This document shows, piece after piece, positions 44,885 through 54,477 of a stretch of DNA of 64,000 nt (the first letter of the stretch is position 1; each line of letters starts with the position of its first letter). A model generated the notes under the pieces. That model saw only the letters and a list, made by a program, of their open reading frames with translations. It was not told where the DNA came from and ran no database searches. A program made the position numbers and the translations under genes. This stretch comes from Clostridiales bacterium UBA7001 (GTDB taxonomy: Bacteria; Bacillota; Clostridia; TANB77; CAG-508), in the NCBI GenBank assembly GCA_002449785.1, contig DJXP01000004.1, forward strand, positions 21,607-85,606. The letters are read 5' to 3'.

Positions 44885-46355
44885 GTGATAGATTTGGCTA
44901 GAAATGATACTATGATGCAGTATTTTGAATGGTATTTGCCTAGTGATTCTACACTTTGGAATAAACTTACAAAAGATGTAAAACATTTGGAAAATATAGG
45001 AATCTCTTATATTTGGCTTCCACCAGCATATAAAGGTGCAGGTGGTAAAGATGATGTAGGTTATGGTGTATATGACTTATATGATTTAGGTGAATTTGAT
45101 CAAAAAGGTAGTATCCCAACAAAGTATGGAACAAAGGAAGAATATTTAACTGCAATTAAAGCTTTAAAAGAGAATAATATTAAAGTTATAACTGATATTG
45201 TTTTAAATCATAAAATGGGTGCAGATGAAACAGAAGATGTATTAGCAGTTCAAGATGATGCAACTGATAGGAATGTTAGTTTAACAGATGCAAAATTAAT
45301 AAGAGTATGGACTAAATATGTTTTCCCAGGAAGAGGAAATACATATTCAGATTTTAAGTGGAATTGGACACATTTTCATGGTGTCGATTGGGACGAAAAT
45401 TCAGGAAGGGCTGCAATTTATAAGTTCTATGGTAAACATTGGGATGAAGATGTTGATAAAGAAAATGGAAATTTTGATTATTTAATGGGAGCTGATATAG
45501 ATTTAAATAATTATGATGTAGTAAATGAATTAAAAAAATGGGGAAAATGGTATTTAGATACTACAAATGCTGATGGATTTAGATTAGATGCAGTAAAACA
45601 TATAAGAGCAGAGTTTTTTCCTGAATGGATTGAAGAATTACAAAAAAATTCTGATAGAGAATTGTATACAGTAGGAGAATATTGGAGTACAAATATTGAT
45701 GTTTTAAACAATTACATACAAAAAACTAATGGATGTATGAAATTATTTGATGTTCCATTACATTATAATTTTTATAGAGCTTCTAGAAGTAATGGAGAAT
45801 ATGATATGAGCAAAATATTTGAAGATACACTTGTTGGAAACAATCCATGGATGGCCGTTACTTTTGTAGATAATCATGATACAGAACCAGAGCAGGGTTT
45901 AGAATCTTGGATATTAGATTGGTTTAAACCATTAGCATATGCTCTTATTTTACTTAGAAAAGATGGTCTTCCATGTGTTTTTTACGGAGATTATTATGGA
46001 ATACCAAGTAAAGAAATATCAGATAAAAAAAGTATTTTAGATACTTTATTAAATGTTAGAAAGTTTTATGCATATGGTGAACAATATGATTATTTTAATG
46101 ATTTAAATATTATAGGATTTACAAGACTTCGGTGATGAGGAACATCCAGATTCAGGATTAGCTGTTGTAATGTCTGATGGAAAAGGCGGAAATATTCAAA
46201 TGAACGTTGGAAAGAATTTGGCAAATACCGTTTTTTATGATTGTACAGGAAATATGGAAGAAACTGTTTATGTAGATGATGAAGGAAATGGAATTTTTTA
46301 TTGCAAAGATGGAAGTGTGTCTGTATGGATTAAACAAGGTCAAAAAGTAAATTAA
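44885..46355 (+). CDS. GH13 alpha-amylase (Bacillus liquefying-type); the frame needs a +1 shift at 46130-46132, so pipelines would call it frameshifted
   Basis: 'MMQYFEWY', 'GFRLDAVKHI', 'GEYW' and 'FVDNHD' are GH13 regions. The pieces are 44885-46135 and 46131-46355. The +1 reading gives 'IIGFTRLGDEEHPDSGLAVVMSDGKGG'. Confidence 0.85.
46130..46132 (+). other. Frame-break site: in-frame CGG (CTT CGG T) overlapping the +1 Gly codon GGT; the zero-frame TGA follows immediately
   Basis: (46130-44885)/3 = 415, so CGG is in frame. The next zero-frame codon is TGA (46133-46135). Confidence 0.6.
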
Positions 46356-46361
46356 TATAGA

Positions 46362-46388
46362 AAGAGGTTTTTTATAGCCTCTTTTTTT
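46362..46388 (+). terminator. Rho-independent terminator after the amylase gene
   Basis: AAGAGG ... CCTCTT stem followed by TTTTT. Confidence 0.6.
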
Positions 46389-46489
46389 CAATTCGATTAA
46401 TTTTTTATATCATTTTAATTACTAATAAAAATTATATAAAAAATAGTGTTAAAATTATAATAAGGTAAAATAGATAGGAGTGTATTTTT

Positions 46490-46696
46490 ATGTCAAGTGA
46501 AGAAATTGTTGAATTTAATGGGAAAAAAATTAATTGTAGTAGGTTAACTGATGAAAGTTTAATTAGGCTATATAAAAACATGAGAGAAAAACAAGTTTCA
46601 TTATATGAAAAAATAATAAATTATCAAGAAAAACTTGGAATAGAAGATGAAGAAGTAAATGAAATGTTAAATGCTTTTGAAAATTCATTAAAATAA
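46490..46696 (+). CDS. Hypothetical small protein of 68 aa
   Basis: ORF with RBS AGGAG; first gene of a co-oriented four-gene cluster. Confidence 0.5.
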   Translation: MSSEEIVEFNGKKINCSRLTDESLIRLYKNMREKQVSLYEKIINYQEKLGIEDEEVNEMLNAFENSLK

Positions 46697-46725
46697 TATA
46701 AAAATATAATGGTTCGGAGGATAAA

Positions 46726-47592
46726 ATGGAAAATATAGGAACAGCTCTATTAGAAAGAATAAAAGAATTATCAGATATTGAAGTGCAAGAAAAAGAATTA
46801 AAATTTGCAATTTTTAATAATAAAGTTTATACAAGTTATAAAGAAAAAATCAAATTAATAAGTGATAATTTTGATGAACAATTGCAATATTATGGGAAAA
46901 AAGATAATTATGGTGATGAAAAAGAAAAAATAATTAGTAGATATAATGAAGAATTCCAAAAGATTTATGATAAGAGAAAAGAACAATTTATAAATATTAT
47001 AAATGAAATTCAAGAAATGCAATCAAATCAAAAAATAGCTTTAGCAAATATAGAATCAGTATATAGAAGTAGAGATTCAATATTTGAAAGTGAAGAATAC
47101 AAAGAATATTTAAATAATAAAAATAAATTTGAATATATGATAAATATTACAAAAAACAGTAGTGATATTGAAAAATATAAAAATAAATTGATTAATTTAA
47201 AAAATCCAGTAGATTCATACAATAATAAATTGATAGCGCTAGTTGATAAATTTGAAAAATATGATGGACTTGTTTTTGAGTGTGAGAAAAAACTTGATGA
47301 TTGTATAATAGCTACTGAAGAAGATTTTGAAACTTTAATGAAATACAGAAACAATAATTTAGTAGAACAAAAGAAAGAGAATATTTTTGTAAGATTATTC
47401 AAAAAGTTATTTGCTAGTAAAAGAAAATTCAAAAAAGAAGTTATTGAGAAAATGAATTCTGAAATTGATGATATTCAAAATAGTAATATAAAATTATTAG
47501 ATATTATTGAAAATCAGACTATTAATTTAGTTGCTAAAATAGAAGAATTAAGATATGACATAAACTATGAATATAGTATTGCTACAGAGTAA
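46726..47592 (+). CDS. Hypothetical coiled-coil protein of 288 aa
   Basis: ORF with RBS GGAGG. It is K/E-rich with heptad-like character. Confidence 0.55.
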   Translation: MENIGTALLERIKELSDIEVQEKELKFAIFNNKVYTSYKEKIKLISDNFDEQLQYYGKKDNYGDEKEKIISRYNEEFQKIYDKRKEQFINIINEIQEMQSNQKIALANIESVYRSRDSIFESEEYKEYLNNKNKFEYMINITKNSSDIEKYKNKLINLKNPVDSYNNKLIALVDKFEKYDGLVFECEKKLDDCIIATEEDFETLMKYRNNNLVEQKKENIFVRLFKKLFASKRKFKKEVIEKMNSEIDDIQNSNIKLLDIIENQTINLVAKIEELRYDINYEYSIATE

Positions 47593-47632
47593 ATAATTCA
47601 TATAATTAGTATTTAAAGGAAGGACAAAGCAT

Positions 47633-47788
47633 ATGGAAGTAGAAAAATTAGGCGAAGAATTTATAGATGGTGGAATTATAAATTTAGATAATTCTAGTGT
47701 AGATATTTATGAAAATGCTTTAAAAAAGATTGGAATTAAAAAAGAAGAAGTAATTAAACAAATTAATAACTTGTTAAAAAAGATTTAG
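47633..47788 (+). CDS. Hypothetical small protein of 51 aa, not in the ORF track
   Basis: ATG 47633 follows AAAGGAAGGA. The sequence is 'MEVEKLGEEFIDGGIINLDNSSVDIYENALKKIGIKKEEVIKQINNLLKKI'. It fills the gap between flanking co-oriented genes. Confidence 0.45.
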   Translation: MEVEKLGEEFIDGGIINLDNSSVDIYENALKKIGIKKEEVIKQINNLLKKI

Positions 47789-47808
47789 TTAGAAAGGGAT
47801 AATATATT

Positions 47809-49392
47809 ATGAATGTTGAAAATGTTGAAAATGCTGAAACATTAGACAATGATAATGTAGATATTGAAAGCTTTGATGAATTAAAGGAAGAATACTTAAA
47901 ATTAGTTGAACAATTTAAGGATTTAATAAAAGAAACTCCAGAGGTAGCTAAGACAGTTATTTCTAGAAATTTAGTTGAAGCAAAAAAGACAATTGATGAT
48001 GGAATTGCTGGGAAAGTAGCTAGTATAAATGAGGCTAAAGCAAAACTTGCACAGGCTAAAACAATGGTAATCGAGTCTACAAAACAAAGAGCTAAAGAAG
48101 CTAAAGACACAGTTGTATATACTGCTCAAAAGGTAAAAAAAGGAGTAAAAGAAACTCCTGGTAAAATAAAAGGAAAAGCTGTAGATGTAGCAGAAACAGT
48201 GGCGTTACATGGAATGGAAGCTAAAGATAAAGTTGTAGATGTAGCAGAAACAGTGGCACTACATGGAATGGAAGCTAGAGATAAAGTTGTAGATGTAGCA
48301 GAAACAGTGGCACTACATGGAATGGAAGCAACTGATAAATTAAAAAGTGGTATAAAAACGGGAAAAGAAACTGTTGTAAGAGCTGGAAAAGGATTAGCAT
48401 TAACAACAGTTGCTGCTGGAATAATGGCAGGAGATTTGGCAGTAAAAGGTGGACATTATGTATATACTGGTGCGAAAACAGCAAGAGAAAATGCTGTAAA
48501 TAAATCAAAAGAAATTAGAAATTTATTTAAAAGTAAAATTCAAGATGGAAAGTTATTCTTTTTAAATAAAGCTAAACAAGGTAAAAAATGGTTAGCAGAT
48601 AAAGCAGAAACAATAGCACTACATGGAATGGAAGCCAAAGATAAGGTTGTAGATGTAGCAGAAACAGTGGCGCTACATGGAATGGAAGCTAAAGATAAAG
48701 TTGTAGATGTAGCAGAAACTGTTGCGCTACATGGAATGGAAGCTAAAGATAAAGTTGTAGATGTAGCAGAAACTGTTGCACTACATGGAATGGAAGCAGT
48801 AGATAAAACAAAACAGGGAATAAATACAGCAAAAACAACGGTAAGAGAAGGAATAAATACAGCAAAAACAACGGTGAGAGAAGGAATAGATACAGCAAGA
48901 ACAACGGTAAGAGAAGGAATAGACACAGCAAGAACAACAGTAAGAGAAGGAATAGACACAGCAAAAACAACAGTAAGAGAAGGAATAGATGCAACAAAAA
49001 CAAATGCAGGAAAAATAGCTCTAGAAATAGGGAAGAAAACATATAAAGGAGCAGCTATGTTTACAGCATTTGGAGAACTGGCAATTGAAGGCGCAGCAAA
49101 AGGTGCAGGTTATGTAAGTGAAGGTGTATCTAAAGGGATAGATGCAGGTAAAGAAAAAGTTAGTGAAGTGGCACAAGTTGGTAAAAATTATACAGAAATG
49201 AGTGCTAAAAAAGTTGCATTAACGAAAACAAAAGCGAAAATTGGATTTAAGAGTTTTATTAAAGGGATGGCACAAAAATTGGTTGACAAACTTGGACAAT
49301 CATTAGGGAAAGATCAAGAGTTGGCTCAAGAATTAGAACAAGGTATAGAGTTTAATAAAAACAATTTAGAAGAATTAAATGGTGAAAGATAA
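47809..49392 (+). CDS. Repeat protein of 527 aa with two blocks of 18-aa repeats and an array of 11-aa repeats; predicted amphipathic-helix, LEA/apolipoprotein-like
   Basis: (KVVDVAETVALHGMEAKD) occurs x3 and x4, and (GI[ND]TA[KR]TTVRE) about x5-6. There is no signal peptide or TM helix. Confidence 0.7.
   Translation: MNVENVENAETLDNDNVDIESFDELKEEYLKLVEQFKDLIKETPEVAKTVISRNLVEAKKTIDDGIAGKVASINEAKAKLAQAKTMVIESTKQRAKEAKDTVVYTAQKVKKGVKETPGKIKGKAVDVAETVALHGMEAKDKVVDVAETVALHGMEARDKVVDVAETVALHGMEATDKLKSGIKTGKETVVRAGKGLALTTVAAGIMAGDLAVKGGHYVYTGAKTARENAVNKSKEIRNLFKSKIQDGKLFFLNKAKQGKKWLADKAETIALHGMEAKDKVVDVAETVALHGMEAKDKVVDVAETVALHGMEAKDKVVDVAETVALHGMEAVDKTKQGINTAKTTVREGINTAKTTVREGIDTARTTVREGIDTARTTVREGIDTAKTTVREGIDATKTNAGKIALEIGKKTYKGAAMFTAFGELAIEGAAKGAGYVSEGVSKGIDAGKEKVSEVAQVGKNYTEMSAKKVALTKTKAKIGFKSFIKGMAQKLVDKLGQSLGKDQELAQELEQGIEFNKNNLEELNGER
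48181..48342 (+). repeat. Three tandem, in-frame 54-bp coding repeats
   Basis: Units at 48181, 48235 and 48289 are nearly identical (GTAGATGTAGCAGAAACAGTGGC.CTACATGGAATGGAAGC...). Confidence 0.9.
48595..48810 (+). repeat. Four tandem 54-bp coding repeats: a second block of the same unit
   Basis: Units lie at 48595 (diverged), 48649, 48703 and 48757. Confidence 0.9.
48817..49014 (+). repeat. 33-bp (11-codon) tandem coding repeats, 5 copies plus 1 degenerate
   Basis: GGAATA(A/G)ATACAGCAA(A/G)AACAAC.GT.AGAGAA units start at 48817, 48850, 48883, 48916 and 48949, with a diverged copy at 48982. Confidence 0.9.
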
Positions 49393-49433
49393 AATAATGA
49401 TTTATAATTTAATAATATAATAAAAGGAAAATT

Positions 49434-50192
49434 ATGACGGTATTAATTACAGGTGCATCTTCAGGGATTGGAAGGGATTTAGCTAAGGAGTTTGCTAAAA
49501 GAAATTATAGCATAGTCTTAGTTGCAAGAAATGAAGAAAAGTTAAAAGAACTACAAAATGAAATAGAGAGTAAGTATAATATAAAAGTAGAATATTACAT
49601 AGCAGATTTGTCAAATAAAGAGGCTTGCATTAATTTATATAAAAAATATGAAGATATTGATGTTTTAATAAATAATGCAGGTCTCGGAGATTTTGGATTA
49701 TTTTCAGAAACAGAACTTGAAAAAGACATTTTACTTATAAATACAAACATAACAGCATTACATATTTTAACAAAGTTGTATTTAAAGAAAATGAAAGAAA
49801 AAAATAATGGAATAATATTAAATGTAGCATCAATTGCAGGATTTATGCCTGGTCCACTAATGGCAACATATTATGCAACAAAAAATTATGTAGTAAGACT
49901 TTCTGAAGCAATAAGGGAAGAATTAAAAAAAGAAAAATCAAATGTTAAAATTAGTATACTTTGTCCAGGTCCAGTTGACACAAATTTTAATAGTGTAGCT
50001 AATGTTAAATTTGGAGTAAGGGGATTAAATAGTGAATATGTGGCAAAATATACAGTAAGAAAGCTACTTAAGAGTAAGTTCTATATTGTTCCTGGTTTTT
50101 CTATTAGAATAACTAAATTACTTTCAAAAATAATTCCAACAGGAATAATGGCAAAGTGTGCGTATTATATGCAAAAAAGAAAAGAAGGATAA
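49434..50192 (+). CDS. Short-chain dehydrogenase/reductase (SDR)
   Basis: 'TGASSGIG', 'NNAG' and the 'YYATKNY' (YxxxK) motifs. Confidence 0.85.
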   Translation: MTVLITGASSGIGRDLAKEFAKRNYSIVLVARNEEKLKELQNEIESKYNIKVEYYIADLSNKEACINLYKKYEDIDVLINNAGLGDFGLFSETELEKDILLINTNITALHILTKLYLKKMKEKNNGIILNVASIAGFMPGPLMATYYATKNYVVRLSEAIREELKKEKSNVKISILCPGPVDTNFNSVANVKFGVRGLNSEYVAKYTVRKLLKSKFYIVPGFSIRITKLLSKIIPTGIMAKCAYYMQKRKEG

Positions 50193-50216
50193 TTATAATA
50201 ATTATCCTTTAATTTT
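50185..50216 (+). terminator. Rho-independent terminator overlapping the SDR stop codon
   Basis: AAGGATAATTA / TAATTATCCTT stem followed by a T-rich tract. Confidence 0.65.
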
Positions 50217-50287
50217 CAACCCTTAAAGTTGACATAAACTATTTACTTTTAGTAAGATATGTGTTATAATCTTTTTGTGGTGATTAT

Positions 50288-50614
50288 ATGAAAGAAGAAA
50301 GTAATTTAATTGACACAAAAGAAAATATCGTAAAAAAATTTACCAAAGAGCAAATGGATATTTATAATTATTATAAAAAACAATTTGAAAATTCTGATAA
50401 CGCAATATATCCTATAGCTCAAGAAGATAAAGAAATATTAGCTCTAGAAAAAAGTTATAATATTTTGAAAGCAATATTTAAAGTAGAAACAGTTTTGGTT
50501 CTTATAATTGTAACTAGTATGATTTTATTTAATGGCTTTTCAGTAAATAAATCTCAAATAAAATACAAACATGCTAATATTGAAAATATACAAATATTAA
50601 AGGATTTTAGTTAG
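50288..50614 (+). CDS. Hypothetical protein of 108 aa with one TM helix
   Basis: ORF with the hydrophobic segment 'VETVLVLIIVTSMILF'. Confidence 0.5.
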   Translation: MKEESNLIDTKENIVKKFTKEQMDIYNYYKKQFENSDNAIYPIAQEDKEILALEKSYNILKAIFKVETVLVLIIVTSMILFNGFSVNKSQIKYKHANIENIQILKDFS

Positions 50615-50619
50615 TTGGT

Positions 50620-51786
50620 ATGCATATGAACAAATCTAATAATAATTCGCATAAAGATTTTTTATATAGCCAAAGGAGTGAAGGTTCTTTTGGCTTTTTA
50701 AAATGGATATTAAAAGCTGAATTAATTATATTAAGTATTATTTTTATTATGATTATTTTATATAGATTAATACCATATAAGTTTATTTTTGAAGCAAAAT
50801 ATACAATTAATAAGAAGTTTATATCGTCTAGCTATAATGAAAAGTTTGATTCTAATATTATTAAAGAAAGTGTTAATAATAATAATAGTTTATCACAGGA
50901 AGAAAAAAATTATATTAATTTATATTTGATAGATGAAATTGAAGAAAACATATCTTATATTGATATAAATAATATAAATACAAGGCTAAGTAAATTAAAA
51001 ACTGTTTATAATCAGAAGTATAATAATGGAATTGTAGGAAAATATAATTCATTATTTAATCAAATTAGTTTTTATAAACCAATAGAAGAAGAAGATAAAA
51101 CTTTTTCAAAAGTTAATAAAACAAGGCTTTCTTTTAATAATTGTAATAAAGAAGCATATTTTCATGAATTAAACCATATGCTTTCTAAAAATAGCTTAAA
51201 TACAATTTATAGTAAAAGCATATTTTTAGAATCAATTAATGAATTATTTACCAGAGAATATTATTATGCACAAAATGTAAATAAAGAAAAATATAGAAAT
51301 GGATATGATGACTATATTGTTTTTGCATATAGTATGTCGGAATTATTACCTGAAGATGTAATTAGAAAATATAAGTTTGATAATAATGAAAGTATTTTAA
51401 TAGAAAGTATTTTAGAGATTGATAATAATATTGGTGAGGCATATAATTTAATAATATCTGCAAATAATATTATTGATAATCAAAATGATAGAAAAAATTA
51501 TTTGGATTATATCAATAGTTATAAGTATTTTTATAAAGAAAAATATGGTAAAGATATGAGTGATGATTTAAATATTTTATTTTACTTTTATAATTCTCCA
51601 TTTCAAACAAATGAGGAACGAAAAATTGTTAGAGATTATTTAAACTTAAAAAATGATGACGAAATAATAAATGTTATTCCAAAAGGATATTATTCTAAGA
51701 AATACAAAGAAAACAACCAAAAAACAAAAGTTGAATTTCTAAAAGATGGGCAAAAAAAGAGTATTGAAATTGATAATAAATTATAA
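50620..51786 (+). CDS. Membrane-anchored putative zinc metalloprotease (HExxH)
   Basis: N-terminal TM 'ELIILSIIFIMIILY'. 'FHELNHMLSKNSLNTIYSKSIFLESINE' gives HExxH plus a downstream Glu, i.e. gluzincin-like spacing. Confidence 0.5.
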   Translation: MHMNKSNNNSHKDFLYSQRSEGSFGFLKWILKAELIILSIIFIMIILYRLIPYKFIFEAKYTINKKFISSSYNEKFDSNIIKESVNNNNSLSQEEKNYINLYLIDEIEENISYIDINNINTRLSKLKTVYNQKYNNGIVGKYNSLFNQISFYKPIEEEDKTFSKVNKTRLSFNNCNKEAYFHELNHMLSKNSLNTIYSKSIFLESINELFTREYYYAQNVNKEKYRNGYDDYIVFAYSMSELLPEDVIRKYKFDNNESILIESILEIDNNIGEAYNLIISANNIIDNQNDRKNYLDYINSYKYFYKEKYGKDMSDDLNILFYFYNSPFQTNEERKIVRDYLNLKNDDEIINVIPKGYYSKKYKENNQKTKVEFLKDGQKKSIEIDNKL

Positions 51787-51899
51787 TATTAAACTTGGCT
51801 GGTATTAATTTAATATCAGCCAATCTTACGTAGTATTGAAAAATAGGGCTTTTTGTGGTATAATATAAGTGATGAGTCTTTTGAGAAAAGGATAAAATT

Positions 51900-52853
51900 A
51901 TGTTAAATAATAACGAAAGAAATGCTATGGCAGAAGTATTAGAATATTTGAAGGGAATAGATAAAAAAGATATTGAAAAAATATCTCCTAAATTTCTTGA
52001 ATATCTAAATTCAAATGCTTCTAAAGATTATAAAGTTAATATTGATTTTACAAAGCCACTTATGGAATTATCTCTATTAAAGGAAACTAAAGCTTTAATT
52101 ACTTATATTTGCTATAAATATTGGTGTGAAACTGAAGAAGAAAAAGAAGAATTAGTTAGATTAATAGAAAATAGTTCTGTAATTAAAAAATATGAAAGTG
52201 AAAATGAATATATAAACAATGAAGAAAGCATTATGGATTTAAACTATATATCTAATTTAGTAGAGACAAAGCTTTATGAAAAATATCAAACAGAATTTAA
52301 AGTAATGAGAATTGGTAACAGATACGGTACTGGAAATTTTAATGAAACTACAGCTTATTGTAGCCCAAAAGACAATAGTAATTTGGTTTTTGAAGTATTA
52401 ATCGATGTCGTTGAAGAAAAAATAGTATTTGATAGTTATTATTTAAAAATGTTGTGTTATGAGCTAGAAAATGCTTTTTATGAAGAATTAACTAAAAATA
52501 AAATTAATGCTTATATTAAAACAACTATAATTGGGAAAAATGTATTTGATAAAAAATATAATATTAATGAGTTTACAGATAATTACAAAAATTCAAACTT
52601 TTTAATGACAATTATAATAGAAAATTCTTTTTTTGAAAAAGATTTATTAATAATTTATGAAAATATTAGAAATAGATTTAGTAATATATATTTAAAATCA
52701 TTAGTTTTTTATTTAGACAAAGATGATTATATAGACTTAAAAGAAAAAAGTTTGCATTTAGTAGATATTCCACTTAATTTAATTGAAGAATATAAAATAA
52801 GAAAAAGAAAAATTATACAAATTCACGATAATAGTATAGTAAAAATAAAATGA
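51900..52853 (+). CDS. Hypothetical protein of 317 aa whose N-terminal ~70 aa are paralogous to the 3260-3499 product
   Basis: ORF with an RBS. The N-terminal pattern is shared with 3260-3499. Confidence 0.55.
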   Translation: MLNNNERNAMAEVLEYLKGIDKKDIEKISPKFLEYLNSNASKDYKVNIDFTKPLMELSLLKETKALITYICYKYWCETEEEKEELVRLIENSSVIKKYESENEYINNEESIMDLNYISNLVETKLYEKYQTEFKVMRIGNRYGTGNFNETTAYCSPKDNSNLVFEVLIDVVEEKIVFDSYYLKMLCYELENAFYEELTKNKINAYIKTTIIGKNVFDKKYNINEFTDNYKNSNFLMTIIIENSFFEKDLLIIYENIRNRFSNIYLKSLVFYLDKDDYIDLKEKSLHLVDIPLNLIEEYKIRKRKIIQIHDNSIVKIK

Positions 52854-52870
52854 TGAAAGGTTAGAAAAAA

Positions 52871-54181
52871 ATGGCTCATACAGATAAAGAATTAAAAGAA
52901 GCAACACAAGTAGCATATTTAGAGTTTATTGAAAATGCAGTAAAGAATAAAATTGCAGATGGTGAAATTGGGCCATTTTCAATAAAAGACTTAATAGTAT
53001 CAAGTATTGATAAAGAATTGTTAGATAAATATCCAAATGAGAGACTTCAGGATTTAGTACAGTATACAGATATGAGAGAGATAGACAAAGATATAATATC
53101 AAGATTTTCTGATGATATTTTAGATTGGAAAATTGCTGATATACATGATAAAGTTTCAGATAATGGTTTTTATGGATGTGTAATTGAAACATCACCGAAT
53201 GATGCTATAGTTGCATTTAGAGGAAGTGAAGGACTAACTACATATAATGGTTTAGTATATGACTGGATGAAATCGAATTTTGGATTAGTTAATTCGACTG
53301 GAACTATACAGCATAAGGAAGTGGAAAACTATGCAGATAATCTTAGCAAAAACGGAGTTTTAAATAAATATAATTCGATAGATGTTACAGGACATTCTTT
53401 GGGAGGAAACTTAGCGAGTCATTTTGGAGTAGCTGTTGCTAAGAAAGAAAATGAAATATTTGATAAAATAGATCAAGTAGTAAATATGGATGGACCAGGT
53501 TTTTCTGATGAATATATATCTAATAATAGAGAAGCTATTTCTAAAATCGCTCCAAAAGCTAAACATTATAAATGGAGTATGGTAGGAAGCTTATTGTATG
53601 ATTTACCCGGTGAAAAAAAGGAATTTCTTAAGGTTGCAAAAGATACAGAAAGCAAAACACTTTTAGATAAATTAAAATATAAATTCTTTTTAAGGCATCA
53701 TACAAAATCAATAATGTTTGATGAAAATGGTAGAGCAGAACGAGGAAAACAAGACATAATTTCTAAGGGATTCGAAGTAGCATCTCATTTAGTAGAAAAA
53801 ATTCCAAGCGATATTACATATGGTTTAGCGTGTATTACAAATACAATATTTAGTAAATTTACATATGAAAAAGAAGATGGCACAATTGGCTTTAAATTAC
53901 CATTTTTTGATAAAGAAAAAAGTAAAAATAGTACAGCTATTCATAGTGGAGATTTAATTAATAACTTTTTAGCAAAATTAAATGCAGGAACAATGATGTT
54001 TAATAGATTTAATGCACAGCAAGTAGAAAATGTAGGATTTGATGCAAAGGGGAAAAATGGTATAAATGATGTGATTTCTGCAATGATGTTAGATAATGGC
54101 TCTTATTTGGATGGATTAAAGTCATTAGACTATCGTAATATAGATAATAAAAGTATGCCAAATCCTGAAATGATAAGATAA
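52871..54181 (+). CDS. Lipase-like alpha/beta hydrolase (class-3 lipase / DUF2974 'Mbeg1-like' type)
   Basis: 'AIVAFRGSEG...DW' and the nucleophile elbow 'TGHSLGGNLASHF'. Confidence 0.65.
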   Translation: MAHTDKELKEATQVAYLEFIENAVKNKIADGEIGPFSIKDLIVSSIDKELLDKYPNERLQDLVQYTDMREIDKDIISRFSDDILDWKIADIHDKVSDNGFYGCVIETSPNDAIVAFRGSEGLTTYNGLVYDWMKSNFGLVNSTGTIQHKEVENYADNLSKNGVLNKYNSIDVTGHSLGGNLASHFGVAVAKKENEIFDKIDQVVNMDGPGFSDEYISNNREAISKIAPKAKHYKWSMVGSLLYDLPGEKKEFLKVAKDTESKTLLDKLKYKFFLRHHTKSIMFDENGRAERGKQDIISKGFEVASHLVEKIPSDITYGLACITNTIFSKFTYEKEDGTIGFKLPFFDKEKSKNSTAIHSGDLINNFLAKLNAGTMMFNRFNAQQVENVGFDAKGKNGINDVISAMMLDNGSYLDGLKSLDYRNIDNKSMPNPEMIR

Positions 54182-54205
54182 GCCTTATATAATATGAAAT
54201 AAAAT

Positions 54206-54241
54206 AAAAACACATATTTAGATAATATGTGTTTTTATTTT
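54206..54241 (+). terminator. Rho-independent terminator
   Basis: AAAAACACATAT / ATATGTGTTTTT stem followed by ATTTTATT. Confidence 0.8.
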
Positions 54242-54477
54242 ATTATTCAGTAAATTATTTAAAGTTTTATGTTCTAAAATATTAAATCCCTAATAAAAAT
54301 AATAGTTTTGTGTAATAAATAAAATATTAAAGTAATAAAAAAAATATATATATAAGTTATGTAATTCCCTAGAAAATATAGAAAAAACTACAAAAAATGA
54401 AATATAAATTTTATAGAATTATATGCGAAAAAATACTATAGTTAATTATAATAAAAAATTATAATAGGAGTAGATTC

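Noticed and set aside
48181-49014. Regular 54-bp and 33-bp repeats as a possible CRISPR array or other non-coding repeat
   Set aside because: The repeats are contiguous with no unique spacers, they are multiples of 3 bp, and they stay in phase with a 527-codon ORF. They are coding tandem repeats.
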